Source of the DNA: the human T2T-CHM13v2.0 reference genome, Homo sapiens | NCBI RefSeq assembly: GCF_009914755.1 | Contig: NC_060926.1 | Length of the DNA: 64,000 nt | Direction: 5' to 3' (one strand) | Part shown: positions 1 through 14,304 of the stretch, piece after piece | How positions within the stretch are numbered: position 1 is the first letter of the stretch | How the letters are laid out: each line of letters begins with the position of its first letter | Notes under the pieces: model-generated | The model's database searches: none | Told to the model about the DNA's origin: nothing | Seen by the model: the letters and a program-made list of their open reading frames with translations, nothing else | Position numbers and translations under genes: made by a program

Positions 1-2554
1 TACTCACACCACAGTTAAAATAATTTAGTTAGCAACCACCTTAATTTAGAATTTCTAAAGCATGCTAAGGAATAAACTGTATCTGCTTATATTCACATTT
101 CATCATTTCACTTAACACTGAATTAAATTATATAATTATAGTAACAAATGAAACATGAACAAAGTGATCTGAGAACAAACAAATCTGAATTTTGGTAAGC
201 AAATTATCAACAGTAGTGATAGTAAGTGTAATGGTGTCCTACAGCATATCCTAACAGCTACTCATTATGCTTTGAGAATCAGTTTTAAAGGGAATTTAGA
301 ATTCAATTACTCTGAAAAGATACAAATGCAGATCATTTTAAAATAATCTATTATACAGGTATAAAGTTAAAAGGCACATATATACACATACACATATACT
401 AAGGAAATGTATTTTGGAATCATCACCCTGTTCATTTTAATTAAAATATTATGAGATTTGAGATTACCCTCTGAAAAAATGTAAAGACTACAGAGAGAAG
501 TCAATCCTGGAAATAGCAACCAGCATTTAAGCTTGGGAAGAAAAGGAAACAACTACAGAGGACACAAAGTATCCATAGAGCTTGAATATAAACTAGAAAA
601 TTATAGCACCATGAAAATGGTAGCAAGAGACAGTTTTAAGTAAAAGGGCATGTTTAAGAGTTGTCAATAGCTTTAAGTGTTTAAGTAAATGAGAAGCATG
701 CATTCTTCGTTTCATGACCTAAGCCATTGCTGAGTCTGATATGGTAGTTTTAATAGAATGGTAAGCCTAGAAGCCATATTGCATTGACTTTAAAAGAGAA
801 TTGTGGGCAAGAAAATATACGCAAAGCTTTTTAGAATACCTACAAAGGGGTAGAAAGAAATAGAATTATGGTTATAAACACTATAAAAATAGGTTTAGAT
901 TTTATAATGATGTCCAGCTCTACTGCATGTATATGAAGATTTGACTAGGTATAAGATCATGTTTATCAATTAATTTATGTGCAACTTAGATTCCTTATAT
1001 GTTAATATAGAGCTTGAATGTATGTTTATAATATCCTCTGGACTTAAATTCTGTAAAGCAGTTCCAAGTTGTTCACTGATGTTATTCATGTAAATTTTTT
1101 TGAAATTTCCTAGTAAAACAAATATAACTTATTGATTATTTTTCCTTAGTATCATTATTCATGTTTCCTTTTAGGATACAGTTGAATGTGAGGAAACCAA
1201 ATTATATAAGGAAACCTGGATAAGACTAATACTATACGATATGAAAAATGACTGTAGGTATTCATATGTTCAAAAATATTAGTTGAATAATAGTGGAAGT
1301 AGGCATAAGGAAATCTGAGACATTTTTAAAGGCTTAATATTTTAACTTTATATGAGTCATCTGTTTTATATAATTCACATGTACATAAATATTAAGGTGT
1401 TGAATATATTTTACTTAATATCTTACTTTGAGAATCAAATGGTCCATATTCCTTATTATTTAACACACTTTCAATAGAGATAACTTATTTGATTAAAATC
1501 AGTCATAATTTTATTGACTCATAAAGTCAACACTTTTTTCATTTTCAAGTTTATATTATGTGACCTATTTCATTTAATAATATAATTTTTCCCTTTACTA
1601 TTTAATTTATAAATCAAAATATTAAGGCAAATTCTATGCAAGATTAATTTTATGTATTATTTTTTAGAAAACAAAAAAGCTTCCTTTGTTCTCCTATGTC
1701 CTTGTTGCTGTTTTGATTTTTTTCTTTTAGTGAACTATATCTTAAGACATTTTTATAATTTGTAATCATTTGTAATGGTTTTTGGCCATTAAAAATAATA
1801 TTAATTTTAAATAAGTTGGATTGGATGTGGCATGCACCCAAGCAGTTTGAACTTGTTGATTCCTTGTGGAATGGTTTCATCATTACTAGACTGGAAGTTT
1901 TCTATTCTTTTCTTATTCACAAGGGTACTATAAGAAAATAAAGGCAAATTCCTGTTCAGACTAGGAGGGAAGCTATAAGACTCTTTTATTCAAGAATTAA
2001 TAAAGTTATTTTAGTTAGTTGCTGCTAATACAAAGACATTTCATTAAGAATTCTGCTTCTATGTCAATCAGCCCAATGAGTCAAAATTTAGCAAAATATC
2101 CAACTCGATAAGTTAACTCTCAAGATCCACAGGTGGATCAAGTCTCTAAGCACTGCCTCTGAAAATGTACTCTTTTCCTTGGAAATACTGTGTTTTTGGA
2201 CACTTCAGAGTGGCTCATCTCAGTGACCTCTACTTACCTGAGATACACCTATTGCAGCAAATGCAGGAAAGCTAAGAAACTCATAAGAGGTTTTCAAATA
2301 CGGGTTAGATAATCTAGCATTTAGGATCTGTCATGTACCTCCAACTAAAATATATCTATACCAATAATAACATGAAAACATTCTTCAGAGCTGCTCTTTT
2401 AGTAGAAAAGTACAGTTCAGAAGCCTAGAAGTTGAACTAGATTTCCTAAACTCTGCAGGAGGGAAAAAGACATACATTTCTCCCACAAACTTACATTAAA
2501 TATTTAGGAGCACAGTTTTTAGGAGGCAGCTCTAGAACTGAGCTTCACCACTTC

Positions 2555-2926
2555 AATGGACTGAAAGTTTGTGGCCCTCTAGAATTGTTATGTTGAAACC
2601 CTGAGCCCCAGTGTGATGGTATTTGGAGATGGGACCTTTGGGAGGTAATTACTGTTAGATTATGTCATGAAAGTGGTGCCCTCATAATGGGATTAGTGTC
2701 CTTATAAGAAGAGGAAGAGTGAGAGATCTCTCTCCTTTTCCATGCCATATGAGGACACAGTGAGAAAGCAACCATCTGCAAGCCCGAAAGAGAGCCCTTA
2801 CCAGAACCTGACCATGCTGGCTCCCTGATTTTCACTTCCGGCCTTCACACTGTGAGAAAATACATTCCTGCTTTTAAGCCTCTCAGTCTATGGCATTTTG
2901 TTACGGCAGCCTAAGCAGACTAAGAC
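2555..2926 (+). mobile_element. MaLR solo LTR (MLT1A/B-like)
   Basis: Typical MLT1 motifs 'gtgtgatggtatttggagatgggacctttgggaggtaatt' and 'cttataagaagaggaaga'; ends 'gcagcctaagcagactaagaca'. Confidence 0.85.
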
Positions 2927-3080
2927 ACTTACTAGCTCAGGACTTAGACAAGTTAGTTAGTTAAACCTCTCTGAACCTCGGCTTCTCATAAGTAAAATGG
3001 AATAATAATATTTATCTCAGCGTTGTTGTAAGAATGAAATAAAATTCTGACACACTACTGGTATATGGTAAGCACTAATG
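2927..3080 (+). mobile_element. MIR SINE fragment
   Basis: MIR core 'cttactagct...aacctctctgaacctcggcttctcataagtaaaatggaataataata...gcactaat'. Confidence 0.75.
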
Positions 3081-3119
3081 AAAAGGATTTAGCTATCCTT
3101 TTCATTTATCTTTCCCATT

Positions 3120-3560
3120 TGTCTTCGGATAGTTAACCAGAAGAGAATCTGAGACATGAATTTGTGTGTAAATGATTTATTAAAAAAGAGCTTCCAGAAG
3201 AAAACTAAGAACATAGGGAAAACCAGGAAAGGAAAGGGAAGAAATCAAGAAGAATATTATTTCCAGAAAATTCTGAAGGTAAATTCAGCCTGATTCCTCA
3301 GGAAAACATGGAAGTGTAGGCTCCATTTGAGTGTTGTCTTGATTAGAAGCATAGTGACCTTTCAATTCGAGCATCAATCTGTGATTGGCTAAAAGCAGCC
3401 ATCAGGAAAAAAAACTGTCCACTGCTTTCAACTCTGCAAGTGTAGGCTAAGTGTCACCAGTATCCCAAGGGAAGTTCTGTGAAAAGACTTGCCAGTTCAT
3501 GACCTTAGAAATAAAATTACAGGCCCTTAAGAAGAAAATAAAATAAAATAGAAGCTGGAG
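3120..3560 (-). mobile_element. Ancient ERVL LTR (LTR16/LTR33-like)
   Basis: 'tgtctt...agaatctgagacatgaatttgtgtgtaaatgatttatt' is the reverse complement of the LTR16/33-type 3' end; the right boundary is approximate. Confidence 0.5.
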
Positions 3561-3767
3561 GAAGGGCACACACAAAGAGTAAAATTCCAGTGTCTGCTAC
3601 AACTGCTTTATTTTCTACTATTCTTTTATAGTTTACCTTTCCTACCTCATTAGAATCATGTAGCACTCTTTTATTCTCAAATGATGTTGATTCGATGTTC
3701 TCTCCATCTTCAAATGTTTCCAATAATTACAAGCAGGTCCCAAGAAATCATCTTTGTAAATTAGAAG

Positions 3768-4203
3768 GTATTGAGAGGCAATTCTCCATGTGGCTTTTAC
3801 ATTGCTGCATCCCTTATAAGTGAGGCACTGAATTCATTTTGTTTTAAATTGTTCTTCTCAAGAATGTTAAAATAGTGAACGCACTTGGAGGAGAGTGATA
3901 GTTTCTTCTTCTGAAGAAAAGGTAGGCATGATTTATTACGCAAAAATAGAGAAAATATCAGAGGCCCTTAAATCAGTATTCCTCTGCTCTAATGCAACTG
4001 ACTGTGTGCAGGTGTCACCTAGGTCTGTTTGACATTACTCTGTCAGAACTGAGGATCAGAGAACCTGCACAAAAATGCTGATACTGCTATAAGTAATAAG
4101 TACTTCCCTTCATTGCTAATTTGTCTCATACTTCTATCAACTACAGAATATTGTTCATGCTAACTTGTTAACTTTCAAGAAAGCTAAAAATCTCAGACTC
4201 TTT
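3768..4203 (+). mobile_element. Old ERV1-class solo LTR (MER89/MER90-like)
   Basis: Starts 'gagaggcaattctccatgtggct...gaggcactga' and ends 'aaaatctcagactctt', resembling the recalled consensus. Confidence 0.55.
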
Positions 4204-5139
4204 AAAATAATTTCACGTAAAATTGTTTATATCACTCACTTATTGTTGGTTCATGTTATTCTTATTTTTAAATTTTAGCTACTTTCTCTAACAGTCTTCA
4301 GTATCTTTTTCATGAATAAAGCACAAGGAAAAAATTAACCTTAAATATTTGAACCAAAAGTGTTTATATGTCTTAGAATACATAGTTTAATCCCAACAGA
4401 AAAAAATTGCAAAAATAATTATATCTGTTTAATGTATCTTTTTATTTAATTGCATGCAAATGTTTATAGACACAGACATAATAACTACAAGGGTGTCAAG
4501 AAATGATGAGACCATAGCAAAGGTGTTCACCTATATGGAGAAATAAGACTGGATGTCTATTACTACATAGAAGAGTACACAAATGTACAAGAATAGGTTG
4601 TGATCCTCTTTCCTAATCTGTTGAAATGTATTGGAGATCCCTCATTTATAAAATGCCAACAAAGATAATTAGAACAGAGAGAGATGGACAGACACACAGA
4701 GAAAACAGTTTATGAAAAATAGTGAAAAACAGAACTAAAGCCTTGTAAATGATAATTCTCTCAATTGACGAACAAAGTTTAGATCTTTAAAAAGTTTTTT
4801 TATAGGCCACTTACCACAAACTAACATTTTTTTTTGTTATTCATTTAGTAGAACAGTTGGTTATTCTTTTGTAGATACAGAGAAATAAACTAACCTGGGA
4901 TTGAACCAGGAGCATAATTTTTATACTCTCAATATTATACCAACTAGGAATACAATCGTTAACAAACCAATCTACCTGTAATTCAGAGACTTCTCCCAAG
5001 GAAGCTGAATTAAATGATTTCTAATTGAATAAATGACCATATTTTACAAAGAATTACATTATTTTTTCTAAATTAGATCTCTATCCACCACTATGCATCC
5101 TGGTTCTGGAACAATTAATAAAAAATATAATAATTTCTG

Positions 5140-5551
5140 AAATACTGGGCATCAAATGAACATATCTCAAATACATAAACTCTCAGCCCAAATCGTACTA
5201 AATGGGAAATGTTAGAAGCATTCCCATTAAGAACTGGAAGAGGACAAGGGTGCCAACTTTCACTATTCATATTCAACATAGTACTGGAAGTCCTAGCCAG
5301 AGCAATCAGGCCAGAGAAACAAATAAAAGGCATCCAAATAGGAAAAGAAGTCAAATTGTCTCTCTTCATTGATGAGATTATTCTATACCTAGAAAACCCT
5401 AAAGACTCCACTAAAAGGTTCCTGGAGCTAATAAACAACTTCAGTAAAGATTCAGGACACAAAACCAATGTACAAAAATCAGTAGCATTCCCATACACCA
5501 TAACATTCAAGCTGGGAGCCAAATCAAGAATACAATGCCATTTACAACACA

Positions 5552-5588
<37 letters not shown>

Positions 5589-6560
5589 CTAGGAATACAT
5601 ATAACCAGGGGGGTGAAAGGTCTCTATGAAGGGAACTATAAAACATTGCTGAAAGAAATCATAGATGACACAAACAAATAGAGAAGCACCCCATGCTCCT
5701 GGATTGGAAGAATCAATATCATGAACATGGCCATAATACGCAAAGCAATCAATCTACAGATTCAATGCTATTCCTATCAAACTACCAATGTCATTTTTTA
5801 CAGAATTATACAAAACAATTGTAAAATTCACATAGAACTGAAAAAGAGCCTGAAGAGCCAAAGCAAATATAAGCAAAAAGAACAAAGCCAGAGGTATCAC
5901 ATTACCCTGCTTCAAACTTTACTATATGGCTGCAGTAACCAGAACATCATGATACTAATACAAAAACAGACTCATAAACCTATGAAAGAGAAAAGAGAAA
6001 TCAGAAATAAAGCCACACATCTACAACCATCTGACTTATAACGAAGTTGGCAAAAATAAACAATGGAGAAAAGACTACCTATTCTATAAATGGTGCTGGA
6101 ATAGCTGGCTAGCTATATGAATCAATGCCCATCAATGGTAGAATGGATAAGAAAACTATGGTATGTATATACCATGGACTACTATGCAGCCATAAAGAGG
6201 CACAAAATCATGCCCCTTACAGCAACGTAGATTCAACTGGAAGCTGTTATCCTAAGCGAATTAATGCAGGAACAGAAAACCAAATGCCACATGTTCTCAC
6301 TTATAAGTGGGATCTAAGCATTGAGTGTGCATGGACATAAAGATGAGCACAATAGACACTGGAGACTACTAGAGGAGCAAGTGAGAGAGGACAGCAAGGG
6401 CTGTAAAGCTACCTATTGGGTACTATGCTCACTACCTGGCTGACGAGATCATTTGTAAACTAAACCTCAGTGTCACACGATACATGCATGCAATAAACCT
6501 GCACATGAACTTTCTACATCTAAAATAAAAGTTAAAATGATATTTAATAAAAATAAATGA
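5140..6560 (+). mobile_element. 5'-truncated, internally deleted L1 (L1PB / old L1PA) with (CA)n insert
   Basis: ORF 5209-5592 is a degenerate L1 ORF2 RT segment ([25 protein letters not shown]). The sequence jumps to the 3' end near 6122, and the 3'UTR and A-rich tail end at about 6560. (CA)n lies at 5547-5587. Confidence 0.9.
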
Positions 6561-7749
6561 CAATAATTTTTAAAATCTTTCTTGAGTTAAAATAATTGGC
6601 TCAAGTCTTTTAAAAGAGGACATATGTCCAGAATAGTAACCGGTATAGAATACATGTTGCATTGTGGTACTCTCTTGACCCTAATGATAAGGGAACTTCA
6701 ATGTTTTATACACTGATTGCCTTAGTAGGTATTAAGTGATTCTCTGTTGAAAATAACTTTATAAATAATAAGCTAGAAATATAGAATTAAAGGTGATTCT
6801 GTTCATTTGAAATATACGTTTTCCAAAATCCAAATTTATTAACTTTTACTTGAAGCAATTTCTTACCCTTAACAGTTTTTCTGGGGATAAAAATATATTC
6901 TGACTGAATACAGAATAACAGCATTGGTCATAATCGTTTAGAAAAAGAAATGTTTATAAGAAAAGCCATATAGCTTGTACTCTTTTTAGCTTCAGTCTCC
7001 TGATGCTCTTATAAAACTATAATGGATTTAATAATAGTGTTCTGACTTTGCTATAAATCTCTGGCAACCCCAACTGTGATACTGCAAGAAATAATATGAC
7101 TGAAAATCAGGTACAACTGTGTGTCAACAAAAACACCATTGTTTCTCTGGAGGCAAAAATAGATGAAGACATTAAAATAAAAAGCATTATGGACACATAA
7201 TTCCATAATTCTCTGTGATTCCACAAAGCTGTCTAGGAAGGGGCAAACATGTATTTATTATTAAGCTAGTTTTGAAACAAATTATAGCAATAAGAGTATA
7301 TTTCACATAATACCAAAGTATTGGATAAGATGGAAATTATGGACACTTCCTGGATGTCTACCCAATAGTTGTTTTTTTCCAAGGCACCACTCTTACCCAT
7401 ATAACTCCTGCTGTATGAGATAATAATCTTCCTCATTGTTTATATCTTCTGAAATTGAGTTTTTCATTTTGGGCAAATTTTAGTTTGAAGAAACCCTCTT
7501 TGATAGGTCTGTATAATAAGGATAAGGACATGTTGTACATAGTACACTGACATTAACTAAGGGTTAGAAATTTTAAAAATCATGAATTATAATTTTATAA
7601 TTTATAATTATAAATTAGTATTATGACATTTATACTATGATATATTTTAATAAGCCATTTTATTAATGAGCAAACTGATGTTAAGAGGTTAAGTAATTTT
7701 TCTAAAATCACATGCTCAATGAGTACAAAAGAGTATGTGTGTGTGTGTT

Positions 7750-8300
7750 TATTTAGCTGTAGTATATACATATAATGGAGTCCTATTCAGTGTTTAAAAA
7801 ATAAAGCTACCAAGCTATAAAAATTACAGCAAGAAACTTAAATGCATATTGCTATGTGAGTAAGCCAGTATGAAAAGGATACTGTATGATTCTAATTATA
7901 TATGACATTCTATAAAAGACAAAACTGTAGAGAAAGTAAAAAGATCAGTGGTTGTCAGTGGTTCAGGGGAGGGAGCTAACATGAATAGATGAATTATAAG
8001 GGATATTTTTAGAAAAGTGAAATGATTAGATACTATAATGGTATAGATAATATAGACACTGTAATGGATACATGGCATTATGCATTTGTAAAAACCCATA
8101 GAATTATAAAAGACAAAGAGTGAACTTTAATGTAATCTTTGGACTTTAGTTAATAATAATGCATCAATATTTGTTCCCTAATTTTAACAAGTATACTATA
8201 TTAATGCAAAAGGTTAATAATAGGAAAAATTGTGCACTAGGAAAAGGGTGTATATAGAAACCCTCTGTAGGATATACTTATGATCAATTTATCTGTAAGT
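7750..8300 (+). mobile_element. L1MC-type 3' end
   Basis: 'aaatgcatattgctatgtgagtaagccagt...atactgtatgattc...tggactttagttaataataatg'. Confidence 0.75.
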
Positions 8301-8868
8301 AAAAGGTCTGTGTATTCTCTTTTGCATATTGATGTCCAATTGTTCCAGACCCATTTTCAATATAAAGACAATTCGTCTTATATGGATTGCCGAAAATTCT
8401 CTGTCAAAGATCAGTTGATTGTATTTGCATGGATCTATTCCTGAGCTCTCTATTCTGTTTGGTTAATTTCTTTGTTTATTCTTTCACCAATACCACACTG
8501 ACTTGACTACTGTAGTTTTATAGTAATTCTTAAAGTCAGGTATTGTTAATCCTTTAATTCTTCTTTTCTTCAGTATTGTGCTTCTTATTTGGAGTCTTTT
8601 GCTTTCCACATAAACTTTAGAATCAATTCATCAATATCCACAAACTAGCTTGCTGGGAGTTTGGAATTGGATTGAATCTATAGATCCAGGCGGGAAAATT
8701 GACATCTTAACAACATTTGGGTTTTCCTATCCATGAACATTTCTCCATTTATTCATATCATCTTTGGTTCTTCCAACAGGGTTTTGTAAATTCCTCTCAT
8801 GGATCTTCTATATAGCTTGTTGGATTTAAACATAAATATTTCATTTTTACTGTGCCAATGTAAGTGAT

Positions 8869-9409
8869 TGTTATGGACTGATTTATCGACTCTCAAATTC
8901 ACAGGTTGAAGACCTATTTGGCTGTATTTGAATATATAGCTTTTATGTAGGTAATTAAGGTTACCTGAGGTTATAACGGTGAAGCCCTAATCCAGTAGGA
9001 CCTATGTCCTTATAAAAAGAGGAAGAGGCCAGGCCCCATGACTCATTCCTGTAATCCCAGCATTTTGGTAGGCTGAGGCAGGCAGATTGCTTGAGCTCAG
9101 AAGTCCGGAACCAGTCTGGACAGCATGGTGAAATCCTGTCTACTAATAAAAAGTAAATAAATAGTTTTTTAAAAAATCAAAAAGAGGAAGAGATATCAAA
9201 AGTGTGTTCACACAGAAAAAAATTTATGTGAAAACACAATAAGAAGGCGGCCATCTGCAAGCACAAGGAGACTTCCTCAGGAGAAATCAAACCTGCCAGG
9301 ACCTTGATTTTAAACTTTCAGCCTCTAGAACTGTAAGAAAATAAATTTATGTTGTTTAATCCACCTAATCTATGGTATTTTGTTATGGCAGTCCAAGAAG
9401 ACTAACACA
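8869..9409 (+). mobile_element. MLT1B-like MaLR solo LTR
   Basis: 'tgttatggactga...gactaacaca'; near-TSD gtgat/gtaat; contains an Alu monomer. Confidence 0.85.
9027..9178 (+). mobile_element. Alu left monomer (FLAM_C-like)
   Basis: 'ggccaggccccatgactcattcctgtaatcccag...' followed by an A-rich tail; TSD aaaaagaggaaga at 9014-9026 and 9179-9191. Confidence 0.85.
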
Positions 9410-10980
9410 GTAATATTATGTTTTTAACTTCACATTCCAATTATTCATCGTTAGTATATAGAAAAGCAATTGAATTTTATATTGTAAACTTGTACCCTGC
9501 TACTTTTACCAGTTTGCTAAATTTTTCATTGGTTCTTTGGGATTTTCTACATAGACAAAATCATATAATGTGTGAACCAAGTTTATTTATTCTTTCCCAA
9601 TATTTATACCTTTATTTTATTTTCTTGTCTTATTGCTGTAGCTAGAACTTCCAGTATAATGTTGGATAAGAGTGTTAAGGGGGGCATCTTTGCATTGTTC
9701 CTGATCTTAAGGGAAAGCATCTATTTTTTCACTTTAAATATTATGTTAGCTGAAATATGATAGAATTTTTCTAAATTTTTAAGCTAATTTTTCTTCATTA
9801 GCCTGTTATCAACAAGTTTGCATTAATTAATTGCTGGATGCTGAGACATTATTTTGAAAATAGACATTATTATATTAAATATTTATTCTGCATCTTTTGC
9901 TTTTATTTATACCATTTCCATTACATGAATGTTATGCCTTTTGTAATTGTCCCACAGTTCTTGGCTATTCTTTTCCTTTTAAATAATATATCTCTTATCT
10001 GTTTGCTTTTCAGGTTGGATAATTTTTATTAACATGTCCTCAAGCTCATTGATACTTTCCTTAGTGATAACCACCTTGTTAATATACTCATCAAAATCAT
10101 CCTTAATTTTGATTAAAGGGTTTTTATTTCTAGCACTTCTTTCTGATTCTTGCTTACAATTTCAATCTCTCACATTACATCACCTATTTGGTCATGCATC
10201 CTTTCTACTTTTTTCATTAGCATGTAACATGTTAATCGTAGTGATTTTAAATTGCCTATATGATCATTCTAAAATAAATTTTATATTTGAGTCTTGTTCT
10301 AATGTTTGCATTGTGTCTTTGGATCAAGTTTTTTCTTGTCTTTTAGCATGCCTTATATCATATTATAGTTGATGAAAGCTGGATATCATGCATCAGGTAA
10401 TAGAAATTCAGGTAATTAGGCTTTGAATGTCAGGTTTTTTTGTTTATCTGGCTAGTGCTGTGTTTAATATTTACTATAGATTTAGGTTCAGTTTCCTCAT
10501 TTTTCCCTCCCCTGTTGTCTTTGTTTATCCCTATGAACTCCTTAAATTACCTATTTTGGCAATAATTCACCATTATCATTCTATAGGTGTGGTGTTAAGG
10601 TGTTGAGGAGGGGAAATGTTCTATATAATTCAATACTTCAAATATCAGTTTTAGTGAGCCTGGGTCACTGGACTGTGACTCAGAAGCATTTCAAGATTTT
10701 TTCCCCTATTGCATGATGCAGAATCTATAGAGGGGTCTAGAGTTGTTTAATTATTTTTTTCCCCAAGTATGACAACACTCTGATAAAAACGTTTCTCCTG
10801 GAGGGCAAATCTTTGCTATGGAGACAGCTCCGAACTTATTTTGAAATGGCTACTTTTTCTCTGGGTGTATTTCAGAATGGTTACTTTCCCTTTCCTCCTG
10901 ACTAAAACATAAATGGATTTTTTTTCCCAATTTTCACAGTGAGCTGGTAGAATTGCTGGAACCCAAGCAAATCTGAGGAT

Positions 10981-11656
<676 letters not shown>

Positions 11657-13512
11657 GCAATCCTCGTAACACTGAGCACCTAGAAGTTTTTCTCTGTCAA
11701 GCTAGTCCACACTCAGCCTAGAGCAATTCTCCAAAATTACCATTAAGTGTTCCTGCAAGTTACTGGCTCCAGCTACTTTTGTATCAGGTAAACTCATCAT
11801 GGTTGTAATTGTCTTTGTCTAGCTTTCCAGATTTCAGGGAGGTAGTTTGTCCTGCGACCTCAATTCTCTGGAGAATCTTATAAAAGTCAGTGATTTTTGA
11901 TTTTCTCAGTTTTTATCTTGGTGTATGGATAAGAGCAAAGATTTCCCACTCTTTATATAACTCAACTCAAACCAGAAGTCTGCAAAAGAGTGCATTAATT
12001 TCAGTTCTGTTTGATTGTGAATCACGACACTATACCAAACAGCTCATGAAGAAATTCCCTATAATGAGAATGAGAGTCTCTAAATAATTACAATATAGAA
12101 AATATTAGACCTAAGAATTACTTATGAACTGTAATATATTCTTTATTTCTGCTTTTCAGATTTGTTTTTAAATAATATTTTGTACCAATCAGTACTTTTT
12201 CAGATACAAATTTCAGAAGGGCAACTCCATTTAGCTAGAGTCAAAGGTCCCAGGAACAAGCTAATATCAGACTTGGCTGTAGCTAGGGGATCAAAATTTG
12301 TGGTCAGGAATGCATTTCTGCTATGTCATTGAGGTGGGAGGTGAGGCATGATGTTTGGTAATTATATAGGATCATGTACATGCCTACTATCAATTTATAA
12401 TATTATCTCTAAGCTTGAAATCTAGTTTGTTTACCTCGATCTGAAATAATAGAGCTAGACTGTAAGCATTTCTCTTTTGTAGACAGTGTGATGTTGAACT
12501 TCGTCAGTATCATGTCATATAGTTACATGGCTGGAGGAAAGAACATCTCTTCCTGAATCCTGTGTACTTCTATTTTGATTATTTTTATTTCTTTCTCACT
12601 GCTGACAGTGTTATATTTGGGAGATATCTGTTTACATTCTGCCCAGGGATAAGCCTAGAGAAAGCAGTCCCTCAGTGATCTAATAGTTTGGCTTTGGAGC
12701 AGTGACCACTTCAATGAGGAGGGCGTCTACAGAAACACCACAAACTAGAAGTATGTGCTATTCAGCTCCAAGAGCTGATGGAAAAAAAAATCCTGTCCTC
12801 TGTTTTCATAAATTGACTAAGTTAACAAATTATTTGATAAACAAAATTGAAATGGGAATTTGTAGACTTAAACAATGTTTAATATAAGCCCAATATTTTT
12901 AGTGGGCCTTAGAAAACTGACAATTTAAGAAACAAACAAGTTTATGGGTTTTCCGAAAAACAAGTGAACTCTGAAATAGGAACTATGCCAATGGGGCTTC
13001 TTCTAAGAATTGAAGACCTACTAGTAAAAATATTTGCAGAAACAGCTTTGGAATAGCCAATAATTCATATTAGCAAAAATAAAAACGTATAATGGCATAA
13101 AACCTACCCAATGGGCTGTATCTATTTATTTATTTATTTAATGGATAATTATATGATTAAATATATACACAAAATAATTATACATATTTATATATTAAAG
13201 TGATATGTTTCAACACATATATACATTGTGTAATAATCAAATCAGGGCATTTAGCATTTTTATTATATCAAAGATTCATCGTTTCTTTGTGGTGAGAACA
13301 TTCAAAATCATCTCTTCTGGTTATTTTGAAATATACTACACTATTATTAATTTTAATTACCTTTATTCACAATAGCACGTCAGCACTTATTCCTTCTATC
13401 TAACTGTGACCCTATAACCATTAGCCAACGTCTCCCTCTTCCCCCTCCGCACTCAATTCCCCAGCCTCTGGTAATCACTATTCTACTCTCTACTTCTATA
13501 AGATCGACTTTT

Positions 13513-13616
13513 GGGTGCAGCACACTAGCATGGCACATGTATACATATGTAACTAACCTGCACATTGTGCACATGTACCCTAAAACTTAAAGTATAATAA
13601 TAATAAAATTTAAAAA
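13513..13616 (+). mobile_element. Extremely 5'-truncated young L1PA 3' end
   Basis: 'gggtgcagcacac...aactaacctgcacattgtgcacatgtaccctaaaacttaaagtataat' plus A-tail; perfect 13-bp TSD aagatcgactttt at 13500-13512 and 13617-13629. Confidence 0.95.
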
Positions 13617-14160
13617 AAGATCGACTTTTTTAGATTCTGCATATGAGTGATATCATGCAGCATTTGTCTTTCTGTGCCTAGCTCACTTCGGTTAATGTCT
13701 TCTAGGTTCAACTACATTGGTGCAAATGACAATAATTCATTCATTTTTTATGGCTGAATAGTATTCAATATATACATATTTTCTTCCTCCATTCATCTGT
13801 TGATGAACACTTGAGTTGATTCCATATCTTGGCTATTGTAAATAGCACTGCAATAAACATGGTAGTCCATATATCTATTTGACATATTAATTTCATTTTT
13901 GGGGGGTATGTACCCAGTAGTGGAATTGCCTGGATCATATGGTAGTTATATTTTTTATTCTTTGGAGGAATCTGCATATTGTTTTCCACTTTACTAATCT
14001 ACATTTGCAACAGTGTGTAAGAGTTCGCCTGTCTACACATCCTCACCAGCATCTGTAATCTTTTGTGTTTTTGGTAATTGTTATTCTAACTGAGGTAAAG
14101 TGACACCTCACTATAGTTTTGATTTGAATCTCCCTAATGATTAGTGATGTTGACTATTTT

Positions 14161-14304
14161 TACATATACCGTTGTAAACGGTATATGTATACGTATACGT
14201 TGTATATATACATATACATATATGTATACGTATACATATACGTTGTATATATACATATACGTATACATATACGTATACGTATATGTTGTAAACGGTATAT
14301 GTAT
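14161..14304. repeat. Palindromic (TA/CG)-rich simple-sequence expansion within L1MA
   Basis: Repeats of tatacg/tatacata; 13-bp hairpin at 14161-14189; 20-bp direct repeat at 14171-14190 and 14285-14304. Confidence 0.9.

Noticed and set aside
600-880. Possible antisense L2 fragment
   Set aside because: Too diverged to support by eye.
4880-4960. Functional tRNA gene
   Set aside because: Only the T-arm pairs; acceptor and anticodon stems are absent.
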